A stretch of DNA of 64,000 nucleotides. It comes from Nitrospira sp. (GTDB taxonomy: Bacteria; Nitrospirota; Nitrospiria; Nitrospirales; Nitrospiraceae). Made by a program: the position numbers and the translations under genes. A model generated the notes under the pieces. It had not been told where the DNA came from and searched no databases. It saw only the letters and a list, made by a program, of their open reading frames with translations. This document shows, in pieces, positions 37,019-46,100 of the stretch. The DNA lies in assembly GCA_024998595.1 (NCBI GenBank), contig JACOEK010000006.1, positions 126,433-190,432 on the forward strand. Direction: 5' to 3'. Within the stretch, counting starts at the first letter, position 1. Each line of letters starts with the position of its first letter.

Positions 37019-37486
37019 CTACGCTTTCAGCGCCGCCAACACCTCTTCCACGTGACCAGGCACCTTCACCTTCCGGAAGGCGGCCTTGATCCGGCCCGTT
37101 GCATCGATCACAAACGTACTGCGCTCAATCCCCATGTATTTGCGGCCGTACATGCTTTTTTCTTTGTAGACCTCATAGGCCGTGCTCACCGCCACGTCTT
37201 CGTCGCTCAACAGTGCAAACGGCAACCCGTACTTGGCGATAAACTTCTGGTGAGAAGCCTTGCCGTCCTTGCTGACTCCGATCACCACCGCCCCGGCCTT
37301 CTTGATCGATGCCAGGGAATCGCGGAAATCGCAGGCCTCTTTCGTACAACCGGAGGTATCATCTTTGGGATAAAAATAGAGCACCACCTGCTTGCCCTTC
37401 AAGCTCTTGAGCGTCAGGACATTGCCGTCTTGATCCGGCAGGGAAAACTCCGGCGCCTTTGCCCCGACGTCTAATCCAGTTGCCAT
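37019..37486 (-). CDS. bcp: Thioredoxin-dependent thiol peroxidase (peroxiredoxin Q)
   Basis: VVLYFYPKDDTSGCTKEACDFRD; GIERSTFVID. Confidence 0.95.
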   Translation of the reverse strand: MATGLDVGAKAPEFSLPDQDGNVLTLKSLKGKQVVLYFYPKDDTSGCTKEACDFRDSLASIKKAGAVVIGVSKDGKASHQKFIAKYGLPFALLSDEDVAVSTAYEVYKEKSMYGRKYMGIERSTFVIDATGRIKAAFRKVKVPGHVEEVLAALKA

Positions 37487-37524
37487 GTTGCGTGCATCTC
37501 CTTCCCAGCCATCTTTCAGCGCCG

Positions 37525-37965
37525 TTACCGTGGACCGCTGCCGATCGTGGGCCGGCTCGTTCCGTATGGATGCTCTCTCCCGGGGCCCTTTGGTGTTTCC
37601 GGATTTCCAAAGGGACGCAAGGCCGGAGAGTCCCAGATGACCTTATCGCCGGGAGCCAAGTTCGCCGCTTCGATGAATTCCTGACGGGCCTGATCCGTTT
37701 GCCCCAAGGCATTCAACGCTAACCCGTAGTTGTAATGAGCCTGCCCGGAATCCGGTGCGGCCTTGATAGCCTGCCCAAAAAAGTCTTTGGCTTCCGCCAT
37801 TTGGCCGGCCAGAAATGCCTGCCGTCCCTGGTTGTTCAACGCGTTCGCATCGGCCTTGGCTCCGTAAGCGAGTTCGAGAGGCACAAGCGGTTTCGGCTTC
37901 TCATGGGTACAAGCCGTACACGACAGCACGGCCACAGCAAAGGCTATCAAGAGACTCACTCTCAT
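37525..37965 (-). CDS. TPR-repeat lipoprotein
   Basis: Lipobox-like LSCTAC; AHYNYGLALNALG TPR motifs. Confidence 0.8.
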   Translation of the reverse strand: MRVSLLIAFAVAVLSCTACTHEKPKPLVPLELAYGAKADANALNNQGRQAFLAGQMAEAKDFFGQAIKAAPDSGQAHYNYGLALNALGQTDQARQEFIEAANLAPGDKVIWDSPALRPFGNPETPKGPGREHPYGTSRPTIGSGPR

Positions 37966-37998
37966 CGCGCTACCTCGTGATATCGTTCGCCAGCGTGA

Positions 37999-38274
37999 TC
38001 AAGGCTTGGCGCGTTTTTTTTGTTCTTCCTCGGACGTCTTTCGGTACATGACATCCCATTCCGGACTGCCTTCCACAATCTGCCTCGTATATGAGGCCAG
38101 TTTCGCCCGGACTTTCTTATCAATGTCCGCTTCCAGGGCAAGTTCCGATGCCACTACGCGTTTGATTTCGCGCAAGACCTTTCCGTCATCCTCGGTCAGC
38201 CTGCATTGAGCGCTTTTCTTCAAGGCGCCAAGTATCAGGTGGGCAAGGTGGCTGGCTTTGTCGTCACTGATCAC
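37999..38274 (-). CDS. DUF507-family protein
   Basis: ISDDKASHLAHLI...EADIDKKVRAKL...EGSPEWDVMYRK. Confidence 0.75.
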   Translation of the reverse strand: MISDDKASHLAHLILGALKKSAQCRLTEDDGKVLREIKRVVASELALEADIDKKVRAKLASYTRQIVEGSPEWDVMYRKTSEEEQKKRAKP

Positions 38275-38307
38275 GGTTAGCGCTCCCGTCCGGAACGGTC
38301 AGGCGGC

Positions 38308-38589
38308 TCACAATATGATACCGCGCTCACGCACCAGCTTCTGTTTGATCATCGTGAACATCTTCTGATAGTCGACCTGCCCTTGCTCGATTTGCCGTTC
38401 GTAGGGCTGCATCATCCGGCGCACCTCGACGTTGAGCCGGTCTTCCACCATGAGCTCCTCGGTCATCGCCTGTTCCAACGACTCGCGGAGCGCCTTTCGA
38501 TCTCCGGTGACCTCGAGATAGCTCAACTCGTGCAATCGAGCGATCACCGAATCCGCCATATGATGAACCCGCTCCTTCGCCAGTCTCAT
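38308..38589 (-). CDS. DUF507-family protein
   Basis: MRLAKERVHHMA...EDRLNVEVR...DYQKMFTMIKQKLVRERG. Confidence 0.8.
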   Translation of the reverse strand: MRLAKERVHHMADSVIARLHELSYLEVTGDRKALRESLEQAMTEELMVEDRLNVEVRRMMQPYERQIEQGQVDYQKMFTMIKQKLVRERGIIL

Positions 38590-38626
38590 GGCAATCGCTC
38601 CCCGCTCGAATTAGTCCTGGAAGACC

Positions 38627-39037
38627 TTATGCAACCGGCTGCGCCGGCTCGATACGTTCCACCCGGATCGTGCTCGCGTTCATAGCCTGCCGCAACTTCT
38701 CCGCATCACCTACGACCCGCCCCACGACGTTCACACGGTCGGCAGGCACAGGATCAGCGCCCATGCTCATCGGCGTGCGTCCGAAGAAAATCGCCAGGAC
38801 CTGGCCGGCTCCCCAAAATGCCACGTCACCGATTTTGACTTGCGTCGTCGCTGTTTCGCGATGATCTTTCACGCCGGGAATTTTAAAATAGAACTCTTCG
38901 CCCCACACATTCAACGGCCCTTCCGCCGGCAAGGCCCGATAGAGCTCTTCGGCCGTTCTCGTTCCCTTCAACTCGGCCTCCAGTTGGACGCCGCCGACTG
39001 TGATTCGAATTCGTTTCATCGTGCCGTTCGTGGTCAT
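38627..39037 (-). CDS. Cyclophilin-like fold protein
   Basis: LPAEGPLNVWGEEFYF, GDVAFWGAGQVLAIFFGRTP, VNVVGRV. Confidence 0.8.
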   Translation of the reverse strand: MTTNGTMKRIRITVGGVQLEAELKGTRTAEELYRALPAEGPLNVWGEEFYFKIPGVKDHRETATTQVKIGDVAFWGAGQVLAIFFGRTPMSMGADPVPADRVNVVGRVVGDAEKLRQAMNASTIRVERIEPAQPVA

Positions 39038-39169
39038 GTCCCCTCATCCGCGCCGTAATACGCTACGCAACACCATAATGACGAAACTCCGCACCAGTCG
39101 CGGACTCTAACTTGTTTATCCCTTGAAATCAAGGTTACAATCCCGCCCGGAAGCTTCGCGACTGCTCTT

Positions 39170-39943
39170 ATGCTGACATCCACGTTCGTCCATTTGAAAG
39201 GTATAGGACCCTCAACTGAGCGGCGTCTATGGGAGGACGGCATTGCCGATTGGGCAACGTTCCGACGGGAGGCTCAACTGATCGGCATCGCGCCCGCGCG
39301 TAAAGCCGCCTACGACGAAGAGCTGGCCCTTGCGCAGGACCATCTCGACCTCCATAACCCCCGCTATTTTGCAGACTGCCTGCACACTCGGGATCATTGG
39401 CGTCTGTTTCAGACCTTCGGTGCCCGGGCACTGTACCTCGACATCGAAACCACAGGGCTCTCGGCCCGCGAGGGACAGGTGACCATCGTCGGACTGCATC
39501 GCCAGGGGCACATGCGCACCTTGATCCAAGGTCACTCTCTCACACAGGAAGCCATTCAAGACGAACTTGACCAGGCCGACCTGCTCATCACATTTTTCGG
39601 AACGGTGTTCGATATGCCCTATCTGCAAACCTGCTTTCCAGGCTTGCGGGTGCCGATTCCGCATTTCGATCTCTGTTTTGCCGCTAGACGCGTCGGCCTG
39701 CAAGGCGGGTTGAAGTCCATCGAACGGGAATTGGACATCGCACGGGAATCGGATCTGCTCCAACTCGACGGATTGGAAGCCGTTCGATTGTGGCAGCGCT
39801 ATCGCGCCGGCAACGCCGCGGCCCTGGATCAACTCATCCGGTACAATGCGGCCGACACCCAGAACCTTGAGCCCCTCGCGGCCTGCCTGTACGAGCGGCT
39901 CACGTTGCGATACGGGCCGCGGTCGCTCGGTCTGGTTGAATAA
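39170..39943 (+). CDS. RNase H-like (DEDD) exonuclease-domain protein with N-terminal HhH
   Basis: HLKGIGP HhH; YLDIETTG, TFFGTVFDMPYL, HFDL, YNAADT. Confidence 0.85.
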   Translation: MLTSTFVHLKGIGPSTERRLWEDGIADWATFRREAQLIGIAPARKAAYDEELALAQDHLDLHNPRYFADCLHTRDHWRLFQTFGARALYLDIETTGLSAREGQVTIVGLHRQGHMRTLIQGHSLTQEAIQDELDQADLLITFFGTVFDMPYLQTCFPGLRVPIPHFDLCFAARRVGLQGGLKSIERELDIARESDLLQLDGLEAVRLWQRYRAGNAAALDQLIRYNAADTQNLEPLAACLYERLTLRYGPRSLGLVE

Positions 39944-39944
39944 C

Positions 39945-40751
39945 GTGGAGACTCCTCGCGGCAGGTGGGAATGGACAGGATACGGGCAGACTGACCGTGG
40001 ACTTGTCCGCTCAAGCAACCAGGATGCCTTCCTCGTCGACAACCGGCGCCGACTGTGGGCTGTCGCCGACGGCATGGGTGGACATCCCGGTGGAGACGTG
40101 GCCAGCCGGATTGTCATGGACACCCTCGCCGACTTTTCACCGAGCCTCATTCGCAGCGCCGTGCCCCCCGGCGAGGACCAAGGCGAACAGCAATCCTTTC
40201 TCCTCACGACCATGGCGGAGCAGGCCCATGCCGCCGTCCGCGCCTATGCCGATCATCACCCGCCCTTCTACGGCATGGGAACCACACTGGTGATGGCGCA
40301 TCTGCTCCCTGAGCCCACCCCCCGCCTCCTCGTTCTCAATGTCGGCGACAGCAGGGCATATCTCGTCAGAGCGGGACGCATCATCCAATTGACTCGGGAC
40401 CATACCCTCATTGACGATTATGTGCGCGACGGCCGTCTCACTCCTGAACAGGCCGCTCGCCATCCGGACCGGCACGTCCTGACCCGCGCGATAGGGCTTG
40501 GCCTCGTCCTGGACAGCGATCTTTTTACGTTCGAGGTCCTCACCGGCGACCTGCTGGTGCTCTGTTCAGACGGCCTCACTAAGATGCTAACCGACGAGCG
40601 CATATTGGAGATCGCTCACTCGCACAAAGACCATCCACCACTCGCGACCGGTGCCCTGATCCAAGCTGCGCTCGATGCCGGCGGCATCGACAACATTACG
40701 GTCGTGGCCTGCGCCATGACTGGTATGCCCGATCAGGGAAATATCCATTGA
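39945..40751 (+). CDS. PP2C-family Ser/Thr protein phosphatase
   Basis: TDRGLVRSSNQDAF, VADGMGGH, GMGTT, NVGDSRAY, LCSDGL, GGIDNITV. Confidence 0.93.
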   Translation: METPRGRWEWTGYGQTDRGLVRSSNQDAFLVDNRRRLWAVADGMGGHPGGDVASRIVMDTLADFSPSLIRSAVPPGEDQGEQQSFLLTTMAEQAHAAVRAYADHHPPFYGMGTTLVMAHLLPEPTPRLLVLNVGDSRAYLVRAGRIIQLTRDHTLIDDYVRDGRLTPEQAARHPDRHVLTRAIGLGLVLDSDLFTFEVLTGDLLVLCSDGLTKMLTDERILEIAHSHKDHPPLATGALIQAALDAGGIDNITVVACAMTGMPDQGNIH

Positions 40752-40777
40752 CACTGCCTCAAGGCACCAGGTAGCCT
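40748..40777 (+). promoter_or_regulatory. Sigma70 promoter upstream of the 40826 CDS
   Basis: TTGACA-N18-TAGCCT, overlapping the PP2C stop codon. Confidence 0.55.
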
Positions 40778-40825
40778 CAAGTCAGTGGCACTCGCAGAGG
40801 AGGCCTCCGGCCTCTGTTCACGTCT

Positions 40826-41737
40826 ATGAACGCACAACCGACTCACTATCGTCCATTTCATCTGATGGTTCGAACGTGGCTTCTACTGGGGCCGCTCGTG
40901 GGCATATTGTGCGTTCCTGCGTCGCGAGCCGAGGAACCTCGTGATCCCGAGGCAACCCTGCGCACGCTGGTTCAGGCGAATGCCGAACGGGATCTGGCCA
41001 CCATGTCGAAATACATGTCACACGATGTGGATGCCATCGGGTATACGATCGATGGACGCAAATACATCGGATGGCCGGATCTGGCGGCCGATATGCGCAG
41101 CGAGTTTGACTCGGTGGTCAAACTGGAAATTCCGATCACCAGTCTTCATATGTGGACCAAAGGCGATATCGCGTGGTTCGCCATGGAGTCGAACTATATT
41201 CGATACAGCAACCCGGAAGACCTTACCCAGCGGATGGTGCTCCCCCTCCGAGAAACAGGGGTCCTGGAGCGCCGGAACGGCCGATGGATCCTCGTGGGCT
41301 GGCACGAATCCACACGTCCGCATGATGGGGAAGCGACACAGACGGCCACAGACAGCGCGGCGCTGCTTCATCGCGCTTCGGATACGCAGCCGGCTGTCCC
41401 GAATGGCGTCGACCTGAGCGGCCAATGGGAAGTGACGGAAATCGAAGACAATAAGAAATACGTCGCCACCCTGGATGCTCAGGGCACCGGTCCTTACACG
41501 TGGCAGGGCGGACAGTTTTCCACCACCAGCTTCAACGATCGACGCTGGCAGGGCACGTGGAAACAAACGGGAAACGATCGCGAGGGCGCTTTTGAAGTCA
41601 TTCTCTCGGAGGATGGCACCGAAGCAAAAGGCATCTGGTGGTATGTGCGTGTCGGCACCAGAGACAATATCCCGCCCCGGCAACATGGCGGCAGCTATCT
41701 GTGGAAACGACTCACCCCGCCTCCGACGGCTCCTTGA
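40826..41737 (+). CDS. Exported SnoaL/NTF2-like domain protein with a C-terminal beta domain
   Basis: LVQANAERDL...YIGW...GDIAWF...RETGVLERRNGRWILVGWHES; second domain starts DLSGQW. Confidence 0.75.
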   Translation: MNAQPTHYRPFHLMVRTWLLLGPLVGILCVPASRAEEPRDPEATLRTLVQANAERDLATMSKYMSHDVDAIGYTIDGRKYIGWPDLAADMRSEFDSVVKLEIPITSLHMWTKGDIAWFAMESNYIRYSNPEDLTQRMVLPLRETGVLERRNGRWILVGWHESTRPHDGEATQTATDSAALLHRASDTQPAVPNGVDLSGQWEVTEIEDNKKYVATLDAQGTGPYTWQGGQFSTTSFNDRRWQGTWKQTGNDREGAFEVILSEDGTEAKGIWWYVRVGTRDNIPPRQHGGSYLWKRLTPPPTAP

Positions 41738-41812
41738 CGGACGGGCGGTACTTCCCTACAGCGCTTCACACACACTCACGGACGGCCGGTCTGTTACAAC
41801 GAGGAGGGGCCT

Positions 41813-42814
41813 ATGAATCGTGCGCTTCTATTGCTAGTCATGTTATTGGGCGTCACGAGTACGGTGTATGCCGGCGGCGGACACGATCACCACGCCATTC
41901 CAACGATGCCGAGTCTCGGCGAAACAAAGCTGACCATCGAGGACCAGACTGTTACGCTCACGTTCGGCCCAGTGGATCTCCCGACCGGCCACGACGGCGA
42001 CTTAGCCTCCAGTATGCCGAAGAAGGTGTTTCAGTTGCCGGAAGACACCTACATGATCGGCTACAAGTCCGAAGTATTCACGAAGGATGGCAAGCCGCTC
42101 CCGAAGAATTACCTGCATCACATCCTTATGTTGAACAATGACAAACCAAGCGTCTCGTGCGATGGAGAGCCCTTGTTTTTTGCCGGGGCCGGACTGGAAA
42201 TGACAGAAGCCCGTTTCCCGGAGGGGTACGGAGTGAAGTTGGGCAAAGGCCAGAACCTCATGTCCGTTGTGGCGTTTTACCACAAGGCCCCGCCGACGAA
42301 AGACGTGATGGCCCGCTTTACGATGTACGTGGCTCCAAAGGGCGCGAAGGTCCAGGAGATGGATGTCTACCAGGTGGGCGTGAACATCGTGTGCTACAGC
42401 AAATTTGCCCAGCGGGGCGCGGACCAGACTGACGAAGGCATCGAGATCAAGCCGGGAGTCTCAGTCCTATCCGCGCCTCTGAAATTCAACATGGATGGCT
42501 GCGTCAAATTCGCCTACCCTCACGGGCATGACGAGCTCCTCATGGTGGCACTTGAGAATAAGACCTCAAAGGAGACGCTCCTCCGCACCGTCCCCGAGGT
42601 CGATGCCGACGGCGCATTCCGGGATTTCCGGCCCCATCAGGTCTACCGTGATGGCAAAGGATTTTCGGTGACGAAACAGGACGACTACGAAATGGTGATG
42701 GTTCACCATCACCTTCTCCAAAACCCCAATACTCACCATGGTATGGGTAACTATCTGCTCTACATGACGCCTGGCGCTTGCCAGCAAACGTCCACTACTG
42801 CCTCGGCGCACTAG
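41813..42814 (+). CDS. Secreted putative copper type II monooxygenase-like (PHM/DBH fold) protein
   Basis: Signal peptide; H102-H103, FPEGYG...H157, PHGH (H237, H239), M311; His-rich mature N-terminus; GAGGAGG SD. Confidence 0.6.
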   Translation: MNRALLLLVMLLGVTSTVYAGGGHDHHAIPTMPSLGETKLTIEDQTVTLTFGPVDLPTGHDGDLASSMPKKVFQLPEDTYMIGYKSEVFTKDGKPLPKNYLHHILMLNNDKPSVSCDGEPLFFAGAGLEMTEARFPEGYGVKLGKGQNLMSVVAFYHKAPPTKDVMARFTMYVAPKGAKVQEMDVYQVGVNIVCYSKFAQRGADQTDEGIEIKPGVSVLSAPLKFNMDGCVKFAYPHGHDELLMVALENKTSKETLLRTVPEVDADGAFRDFRPHQVYRDGKGFSVTKQDDYEMVMVHHHLLQNPNTHHGMGNYLLYMTPGACQQTSTTASAH

Positions 42815-42830
42815 ACGGAACCTCCGGGCT

Positions 42831-42858
42831 CCCACCACAGTGCAAGTGCTGTGGTGGG
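42831..42858 (+). terminator. Hairpin after the 42814 stop
   Basis: Perfect 10-bp stem CCCACCACAG/CTGTGGTGGG; no U-tract. Confidence 0.45.
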
Positions 42859-43184
42859 CTACCGCCGTCCAGGCGTCAGCACAAACACGCTGGCCCGTCT
42901 CCGGACTCCGGTTCCCAATCCGAACACTTCTCACGACTCAGTGACAACGAATCTGGTCACTTTTTTCCGCTTCGAATCGTATCTCCCCTACGGAAGTGGA
43001 ACCGCCCCCTCAGGCGGCGGACTGGGATTGTCAAGAAGGTGTATGATATTGAACCAGTCATGCAGTTCAAGCGGTTAGGGAAGGACAGATTTGTTCGCCT
43101 AAGAGGGAGAGCATGTTCATCACTGTACGGTGGTGCATTCCCCGGGGCACACACAGCTACCGGGCGTATTGAGCGCGCCCCTGC

Positions 43185-46100
43185 ATGAAGGCCATGAGAT
43201 CCTCGATGTCCTTGCTCGAACCCTCGCTACATATCCTCCTCATCAATGAGAATCCCGACGAAATCAAGCTGGTGACGACCAGCTTGAGAAGCTTCTTCGT
43301 CGGCTGCCGCATCGAAGCCGGTTACTCGTCTGAAGATGCTCTTGCATTCAGCCGCCAGGGCGACTGGCATATCATCCTCGTTGATCAAGATCTCAATCCG
43401 GAACGGGGCCTCGAGCTGCTCGCACGCCTTCGCCGCAATGCCCCCTACGCCGCGATTCTGCTTCAGACCAACGAGAGTGACTCGCAAACTGCCGTTCAAG
43501 CGCTGCAACACGGAGCCGACTTTTTGCTGTTCAAACGATCTCCCGGCTTTATCACTGAACTGCTCTTTTCGGTACAGGAGGCTCTCGAAAAGCGCGACCT
43601 GCAAATGAAGCTGGACCACACGTTTCAGCGACACTTGCGCGTCATTGAAACATTAAGCGACCTATTGTACGAACTCGATGCGGAAGGTCGCTTTGTCTAT
43701 GTGAGTCCAACCGTCACCGTGATGCTTGGATATACCGCAGAGGAGCTGGCCGGACGACACTACTCCCTCTTGCTTCCTCCTCAACAGGAGCCAGCCGCCC
43801 GTTTCCGGTTGAACGAGCGCCGGGCAGGCAGCCGTTCGATACGCCAAGTGGAATACACTCTGTACCGCAAGCCCCTCCCGGATAGTCCGCCGGTACCCAT
43901 CATCGTAGAAGTGACGGCGAAGGGACTGTTCGATTCCACCAATCGTTACCTCGGAACCGTCGGATTGCTACGTGATCTTTCTCAGCAGAAGGCCCAACAG
44001 ATCCGCTTGGCTGAACTGGAGTCACGCCTCCAGGAGACCGACCGCCAACTGACCCTCTCGCGTGAAGCAGCCCGGGTCTCTCGCCAATTACAGCAGCCCC
44101 TGACGTCGTTGCTTCAGGACTCACAACGATTGCTGACGTCCATCCAACACAGCCGGATCGAGCAACATGTTGAAACGATGATCGCCCAGGCTTCGCAAGC
44201 GAGCCAACTCGGGCATCAACTGGCAGAAGCAATTCGCGCTCACCCCATAGAATTTGTGCCTCTCGACCTGAACGATGTACTTCAGACGGTTGTCCAAACT
44301 GCACAAGGTGAGGCAGGCGAATCCGGATTGCTGCTTGCCACTCATTTTGCAGGCAACCTTCCAATCATCCTCGGTTCGCGTTCAGCTCTGGAAAATCTTG
44401 CGCACATCCTGCTCACCTATGCCCGTCACTACACCGTCCAAAACATGCCTCATCGGCTCATCCTGCAAACAGCACCACTGACCATGGAAACCCGTGGGGC
44501 TATCCCGCAAGAAGTCACGCCACCCTCGCGGCATGTTCAGACGTATGCGAGCTTTACGATTCGGGGAAGGGTTGGCGATCTCCGCCTAGCTCCGGACAGT
44601 ACACAAGGTTGCGACCATCCGGCGGAGAGTTTGGTTCAAGCACATCAGATTGTTCAGGTGCATCGAGGCGCCCTCGAAGTCGAACATACACCGGACCGTA
44701 GTTTGGCCATCACAGTTCGCATTCCTGCTTCAGATGACCTCTCGCTCACACCTCAGCATCGTGAGTCACCGCCGCCACCAACCTCGCCTACCCAGTTCGA
44801 TGTACACTATCCCTCCCGGTACGTCCCCGGGCAACGTCATGAACGCCGCCGCTCAGAACGCAAGCCATTCTCCTTACCTGTACAGTTGTCGATCGGCGGT
44901 ACGACCCTTCGGGGCCTGTTGCGCAATATGAGTACCGAAGGGGCGCTCCTGACCATCCGGGGGATGGAGACGTCCATCCACCTTCAACCGGCCTATGTCG
45001 TCATCAAGACACCGGTGAGTTTCCTGGAACTGCAGGGCGTGGTGCATGAACGACCATCTGCGGGTTTGCCTCTACCAGCCATCAAAGAGTTCGTTATTGC
45101 TTTTGCCCTCGCTGTCGATCATGAACGCAATGTGCTCCGATCGCTGCTTGAGGGATTACAGGATGGTTCGCCACAGATCACCTTCGAAGGTTTGATTCTC
45201 CCTCCCTCCCTGGGGACAGTGGGCCCCACCACCGATCTCATGTCATCTCTGCCTATACCGGAGGACCGGCGGGAAGCCGTTCGACTCAGCATGTCCTGTC
45301 CCGTTCAGGTGGATGAATCCCAGGGCTCCCCGACGCGTTGGTTCGGCCTGATCGTAAACTTGAGCCTGGACGGGGCATGCCTCGAACTGCCTTCAGATGT
45401 CGTCTTGGCCGGACTTCCGCAAGTCATCCAGCTGAGCCTTGTGGAATCGATCGAAATACTCCCTCACAGTTCCCAATCGCAAGGCTCTGACCAACGATTG
45501 ACGGGGCATATCGTCTGGAGACGTGCTGCGGAAAGGACTCCCGCACCCTCGCTCGCCGCAACAGGAGAACAGATCGGTATACGCTTTGACTCATTGTCCC
45601 CCGCCCAAGAACAGAGACTTCGTGGCCTCATGGAACCTGCGTTCCACGCGGGTCAGGATCCCGCCGAACAGCAGTCTGACGCTCCCGTTCTTACCGTGCC
45701 GCACACCCTTCAAAATCGTGACGGGTATACGATTGCGTTGCGGCATGACTTCCCCGCACTAGGCGGCGGAGAGCATGATCCCCTGGTGCTCCTCTGCCCG
45801 GGATACGGCACGACGCAGCACGCCTACGTGGCCCTGGCGTATACGCTGGCCTGCCGCGGGTTTCATGTGCTGCGCTATGATCACAGCCGCCACATAGGGC
45901 TCAGTGACGGCGACCCTTCGCAGACCACCTTCACCTCTCTCGAAGACGACTTGGATGCAGTATTGACCTTCGCCCAAGACAATTGGCCGGAAAGGCCCCT
46001 CACTCTCCTGGCGCCGGACCTCCTCGGTCGAATCGCACTGCGAAGACGAGATTGGCACAGACGACTTCGTCGCCTCCTTCTGCTCAATCCGATACTCGAC

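Noticed and set aside
39227-40213. 328-aa minus-strand ORF, and similar long antisense ORFs (11000-11944, 34782-region shadows, 35635-36372, 57332-58387)
   Set aside because: Each lies opposite a well-supported gene and lacks an SD or family motifs.
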